A stretch of 61,089 bases of DNA, counting the filler, from Globobulimina sp. (Eukaryota), in NCBI GenBank assembly GCA_003354225.1. It is 9 parts of 9 records of this genome, joined end to end, with 100 filler letters (N's around TTAATTAATTAA, not from the genome) between each part and the next. Parts side by side here need not be neighbours in the genome. Positions count along the whole stretch, not along the records: positions 54,431 to 61,089 come from PIVH01000255.1; 8 more parts are not named here. One strand, 5' to 3'. Shown piece by piece: positions 59,125 to 61,089 of this stretch. The notes beneath the pieces are model-generated. The model saw only the letters and a list, made by a program, of their open reading frames with translations. It did no database searches and had not been told where the DNA came from. Each line of letters begins with the position of its first letter. The first letter of the stretch is position 1. The position numbers were made by a program, and so were the translations under genes.

Positions 59125-60476
59125 ATGCTTCACTTGATTGTATTAAGTATATTTTTATGTCGTAGAATATTTGGACAAACACCCTGTGATATTGATGGTT
59201 ATTCCGCATCATACACTGAGACACTCATTGGAGATCAACGGCATATACTAACAAGCGGATGTCCGAATCATGGTTAAGTTCGTTGAAACATTCGATCAAC
59301 CAAATTGAAATTATAATATTATATTTAGATTCTACATGTCTCGGCAAACCAGCAGTCTGCTCAAATAACGGAGTATCATTACAAATAACAGATGCGGTTG
59401 AATTCCCAAAAGATATTAACATCTCCGCCTATCCATGCATCAGTGCTGTTGCTGGTGGAGTCAATACAACCTGTTTCGGAGGAGCTATTGGCATAATGTT
59501 AAACGGCGTACCTCTCTTTTCTCAAACAGCGGGAGGCATTGATTGCGAAGACGCAATTTTAGCTGAATTCACTGCATTTAACCAATGCGGAGGCCATGCA
59601 ACTGGTTCTGGTCAGTTTCATTACCACGTTGGGAGATCAATTGGGACCACTAACCAATATTTACAACATTCACCGCAAATTGGTTGGTCCTTTGATGGTT
59701 TCCCTGTGTATGGTCCTCATGGATTGAATGGTGAATATATTTATAAATGCAGTTATCACAGATCCAACCAATCAGATTGTTTAGATCCTTGCAATGGACA
59801 TATGCAACATATTACTGATGGATTTAAATATCATTATCATGTCACAGGACCAATGGGAGATTTACAAGGTGATATAAAAAGAGATCCGCTATCTCCAGTT
59901 CCCGGCGAAACAATGTTTCCATACACTATCGGATGCTTTAAAGGCATACCAACCAATGGCTGGAAAGCAATATTTCGTAAAGTTGAGTGCGCTATGAATG
60001 GAATAACAGATGATTATGTTCCTCAGATTACCGACGGTGTTACAATTGTGTATCCACAACTTGTTATTGCACAAACTCCAACCACTTTATTTGCAATATC
60101 TACAGCTTCACCACCCAGTGTTATATCCACTGTTACATCAATTTCTGCATATAATAGTACTTTCGAATATGTCCCAGCAATAGTTCCTGAATTGGAAAGA
60201 GATGAAAAAGTACATTTATTGATTTATGGTGCTGTGGGTACGGCGTGTGCTATTTTTGTGATTGCGGCAGTTTTGTGTATTAAATGTAGGGAAAAGAAAG
60301 TTGTTGAATATTCAGCGGCTGATTCCCATCCAGAGTTACAAATGGCGGATAATGCGTATACTGCTGATAGTGAGCAACAAAATATTCCTCCGCAAGGAAA
60401 TACACTCAAAGCAACAAACAAAGGACATCATATTCCGTCTACGTCAGGTGGTGACTGTGGTGTTTGTGTGAATTAA
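59125..60476 (+). CDS. YHYH-domain type I membrane protein, two exons
   Basis: A signal-peptide exon ending TSGCPNH is spliced (intron about 59273-59328) to GAIGIMLNGVPLF, CGGH, FHYH, IGWSFDGFPVYGP, LDPCNGH, YHYH and FPY; TM helix near the C-terminus. Confidence 0.9.
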
Positions 60477-60592
60477 AACTAGTTGTGCCGAATTGTATTT
60501 TCAATTTTTTTAAGGTGTTTTGGATTGGTTGTTGCTAATGAATAATATCTCTTAATCTTGGTCGCCGTTTTTAGGTCATTTGATTTGATATT

Positions 60593-60685
60593 TATTGAGC
60601 TAATTTATTGTGGTGAGTGATTAACTCCAAAAGTTGAAGTCCGATCACCACAATGAAAATTAGCTCAATAGTTGTGACTGAAGTG
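60593..60685. mobile_element. Left-truncated copy of the CACTGCAG MITE-like element
   Basis: TATTGAGCTAATTTATTGTGGTGA...TCACCACAATGAAAATTAGCTCAATAGTTGTGACTGAAGTG. Confidence 0.75.
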
Positions 60686-60772
60686 TGTAATTGGGTTGGA
60701 AATAATGCCACTGAATCAACCAACGTAAAAAAAACGCAACATAGCTACTTCAAAACAAAGCCAGAAGCCAAG

Positions 60773-61089
60773 ATAAGTGATATATATATTTATGCAACGA
60801 ATATCTAACTCATGGGATTCCAATGACATATTAATTTAGCATTTATTGTGTGATTGCAATTCTGATAATGTGTATCTGTGCAGAATTGGTTCCAAACACT
60901 TCCAAAATTTGCATGTGTTTCCAATACATTTTGAATGAGTATCTTACATTGCACCATATTATCATATTTCTGTTTTCTTTTATTATTTTTGAATTTGATA
61001 AAATTTGAGATTACATTGTATTTCTCATCGGCATTATTCTTGTTTATATTGCAATTATTAATTTTTTCAGGTTTTTCTTCAATTAACAA
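60773..61089 (-). repeat. Right arm of contig-terminal inverted repeat; 3' end of a second copy of the multicopy ORF (stop at 60805)
   Basis: Reverse complement of 54431-54702 with a 45-bp in-frame addition. Confidence 0.9.

Noticed and set aside
634-60471. Numerous short antisense or overlapping ORFs in the track
   Set aside because: Shadows of longer, motif-supported genes, with no independent support.
1-61089. rRNA, tRNA, transposase, integrase or reverse transcriptase genes
   Set aside because: None recognisable by eye; a covariance-model or HMM scan would be needed to exclude divergent ones.

Overview
The window is not one locus. It is nine unrelated contigs of about 6.7 kb, in decreasing size order, joined by eight artificial 100-nt spacers (44 N + TTAATTAATTAA + 44 N): 1-6736, 6837-13569, 13670-20401, 20502-27202, 27303-33993, 34094-40777, 40878-47556, 47657-54330 and 54431-61089. 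Almost all of it is AT-rich, gene-dense eukaryotic DNA in the standard code with short (about 45-110 nt) GT-AG introns. The gene families suggest a foraminiferan or other rhizarian protist, which is my inference only. Recognisable genes include RagC/D, CPSF2, a sacsin-like protein, an M50 peptidase, a GT92 glycosyltransferase, a sulfotransferase, an RCC1-repeat protein, an amino-acid transporter, a carboxylesterase and a YHYH protein. Main anomalies: (1) the sacsin-like gene switches abruptly, mid-exon, into a GC-richer phage virion gene block; (2) one contig closes into an apparent 6560-bp circle whose internal junction clips the CPSF2 start; (3) a palindromic CACTGCAG-ended MITE-like family has five copies, two of them part of long inverted flanks around a degenerate TraB/GumN-like gene; (4) several unusual domain architectures occur (C2 inserted in an esterase, TOG/CLASP plus 4 PKD, TPR plus an eIF5A-like OB fold, an H-S-E ADP-ribosyltransferase). 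Assembly or amplification artefacts remain the default explanation for (1) and (2). All domain calls come from motif recognition by eye, not from searches.
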